A stretch of 64,000 bases of DNA from an uncultured cyanobacterium (GTDB lineage Bacteria > Cyanobacteriota > Cyanobacteriia > Cyanobacteriales > Nostocaceae), in contig CAVUDP010000002.1 in NCBI GenBank assembly GCA_963740315.1, positions 2,720,001 through 2,784,000 of the forward strand, read 5' to 3'. Both the position numbers and the translations under genes were made by a program. Positions 63,160 to 64,000 of this stretch are shown piece after piece. The notes beneath the pieces were generated by a model that saw nothing but the letters and a program-made list of their open reading frames with translations, searched no databases and was not told where the DNA came from. Positions within the stretch are counted from its first letter, which is position 1, and every line of letters starts with the position of its first letter.

Positions 63160-63580
63160 ATATTTTGTTTTATCCATAAATTAATGGTGCGTAACGGCAT
63201 TTTTAAATTTATAATTTCTATCGATAAATATTAAAGCCGTTACACACCCTACAAATAAAAAGCCTTCTAGAGCGCAGAGAAAAGAGTTAATGAGAGATTT
63301 TTCGTTTTATTCATAAGTTAATAGTGCGTAACGGCATTTTTAAATTTATAATTTCTATCGATAAATATTAAAGCCGTTACACAACGGCAATAAAGCGGGA
63401 AGAAAATCTACACTGCTTTTTGCCTCCCCTACAAATAAAAAAAACCCTTCTAGGCACAAAGAGCGCAGAGGAAAGAGTTAATGAGAGATTTTTCGTTTTT
63501 TCGGTAAGTTAATGGTGCGTAACGGCATTTTTAAATTTACAGTTTCTATCGATAAATATTCAAGCCGTTACACACCCTAC
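63160..63580. repeat. Three tandem copies of a ~137-bp unit containing a 67-bp REP-like palindrome
   Basis: (G/A)GTGCGTAACGGC...GCCGTTACACA...CCCTAC at 63186, 63323 and 63514; copy 2 has a 43-bp insert. Confidence 0.9.
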
Positions 63581-63623
63581 AATATAATTCCTAACTCCTA
63601 ACACCATCCGTTGCCTAACTCTT

Positions 63624-63998
63624 TTAAACGTTCATTTGCTGCTTTTGATAAAGGGAATAATACAATCCTTTCTGCTGCAACAATTCTTCATGGGTGCCTC
63701 TTTCGGCAATAATTCCTTTTTCCATTACCAAAATCATGTCGGCGCGTTTTAATGGTGCAAAACGATGGGCGATTAAAAATACCGTTTTATCTTCGGTGGT
63801 ACTTTGTAAGTTTTGCAATACCTGCTGTTCGGTTTCGCTATCTAAGGCGCTGGTTGCTTCATCCAAGATTAATATCGGTGCTTGTAAAAGGAATAATCTT
63901 GCTAAGGCAACGCGCTGTCTTTGCCCCCCGGATAAAGCTGTACCTCTTTCGCCGACGTTGTTTTCGTAGCCTTGGGGTAGCTCGCTGATGAAGTCGTG
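63624..63998 (-). CDS. C-terminal ATPase part of an ABC exporter, HlyB/type I secretion-like (partial)
   Basis: LPQGYENNVGERGTALSGGQRQRVALAR...LDEATSALD...IAHRF; open to the window end. Confidence 0.85.
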   Translation of the reverse strand, partial: HDFISELPQGYENNVGERGTALSGGQRQRVALARLFLLQAPILILDEATSALDSETEQQVLQNLQSTTEDKTVFLIAHRFAPLKRADMILVMEKGIIAERGTHEELLQQKGLYYSLYQKQQMNV

Positions 63999-64000
63999 GG

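Noticed and set aside
63160..63580. Possible CRISPR array
   Set aside because: Repeats are 67 bp or longer, the intervening sequences are near-identical rather than unique spacers, and there are no cas genes in the window
1..64000. High density of GCGATCGC
   Set aside because: This is HIP1, a well-known cyanobacterial genome signature; used only for taxonomic inference

Overview
AT-rich chromosomal segment of a filamentous, probably heterocyst-forming (Nostocales-like) cyanobacterium. This is inferred from frequent HIP1 octamers (GCGATCGC), 7/8-mer STRR arrays and cyanobacteria-type genes. Left to right: the 3' part of a glycosyltransferase/sulfotransferase/Wzx polysaccharide cluster; cobQ; a 2Fe-2S protein; crtQ (zds) with an SRPBCC gene; an unannotated 56-aa ribbon-helix-helix gene; a hypothetical protein with apparent tandem phycobiliprotein-like folds; iscA; a TIGR01777 SDR; an FHA protein; a ctaA-like Cu ATPase; a CPBP protease; two PD-(D/E)XK nucleases (one decayed); the sufR/sufBCDS locus with two SufR boxes; rsmE; a tnpA-less IS607-type tnpB element with inferable ends, flanked by a duplicated palindromic 68-bp promoter-like sequence; a carotenoid-isomerase-like oxidoreductase; a GNAT; a 2OG-Fe(II) oxygenase; a heme peroxidase split by one in-frame TGA; an ABC transporter; a lipase; a VOC protein; nagZ; a signal-peptide/HEAT-repeat/TM/NACHT-like protein; and the 3' end of an ABC exporter. 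Intergenic DNA holds many nested small repeats (GTAG-type REP-like palindromes, MITE-like elements, short dispersed repeats). I saw no rRNA, tRNA or CRISPR array. All calls were made by eye from motifs; no searches were run.
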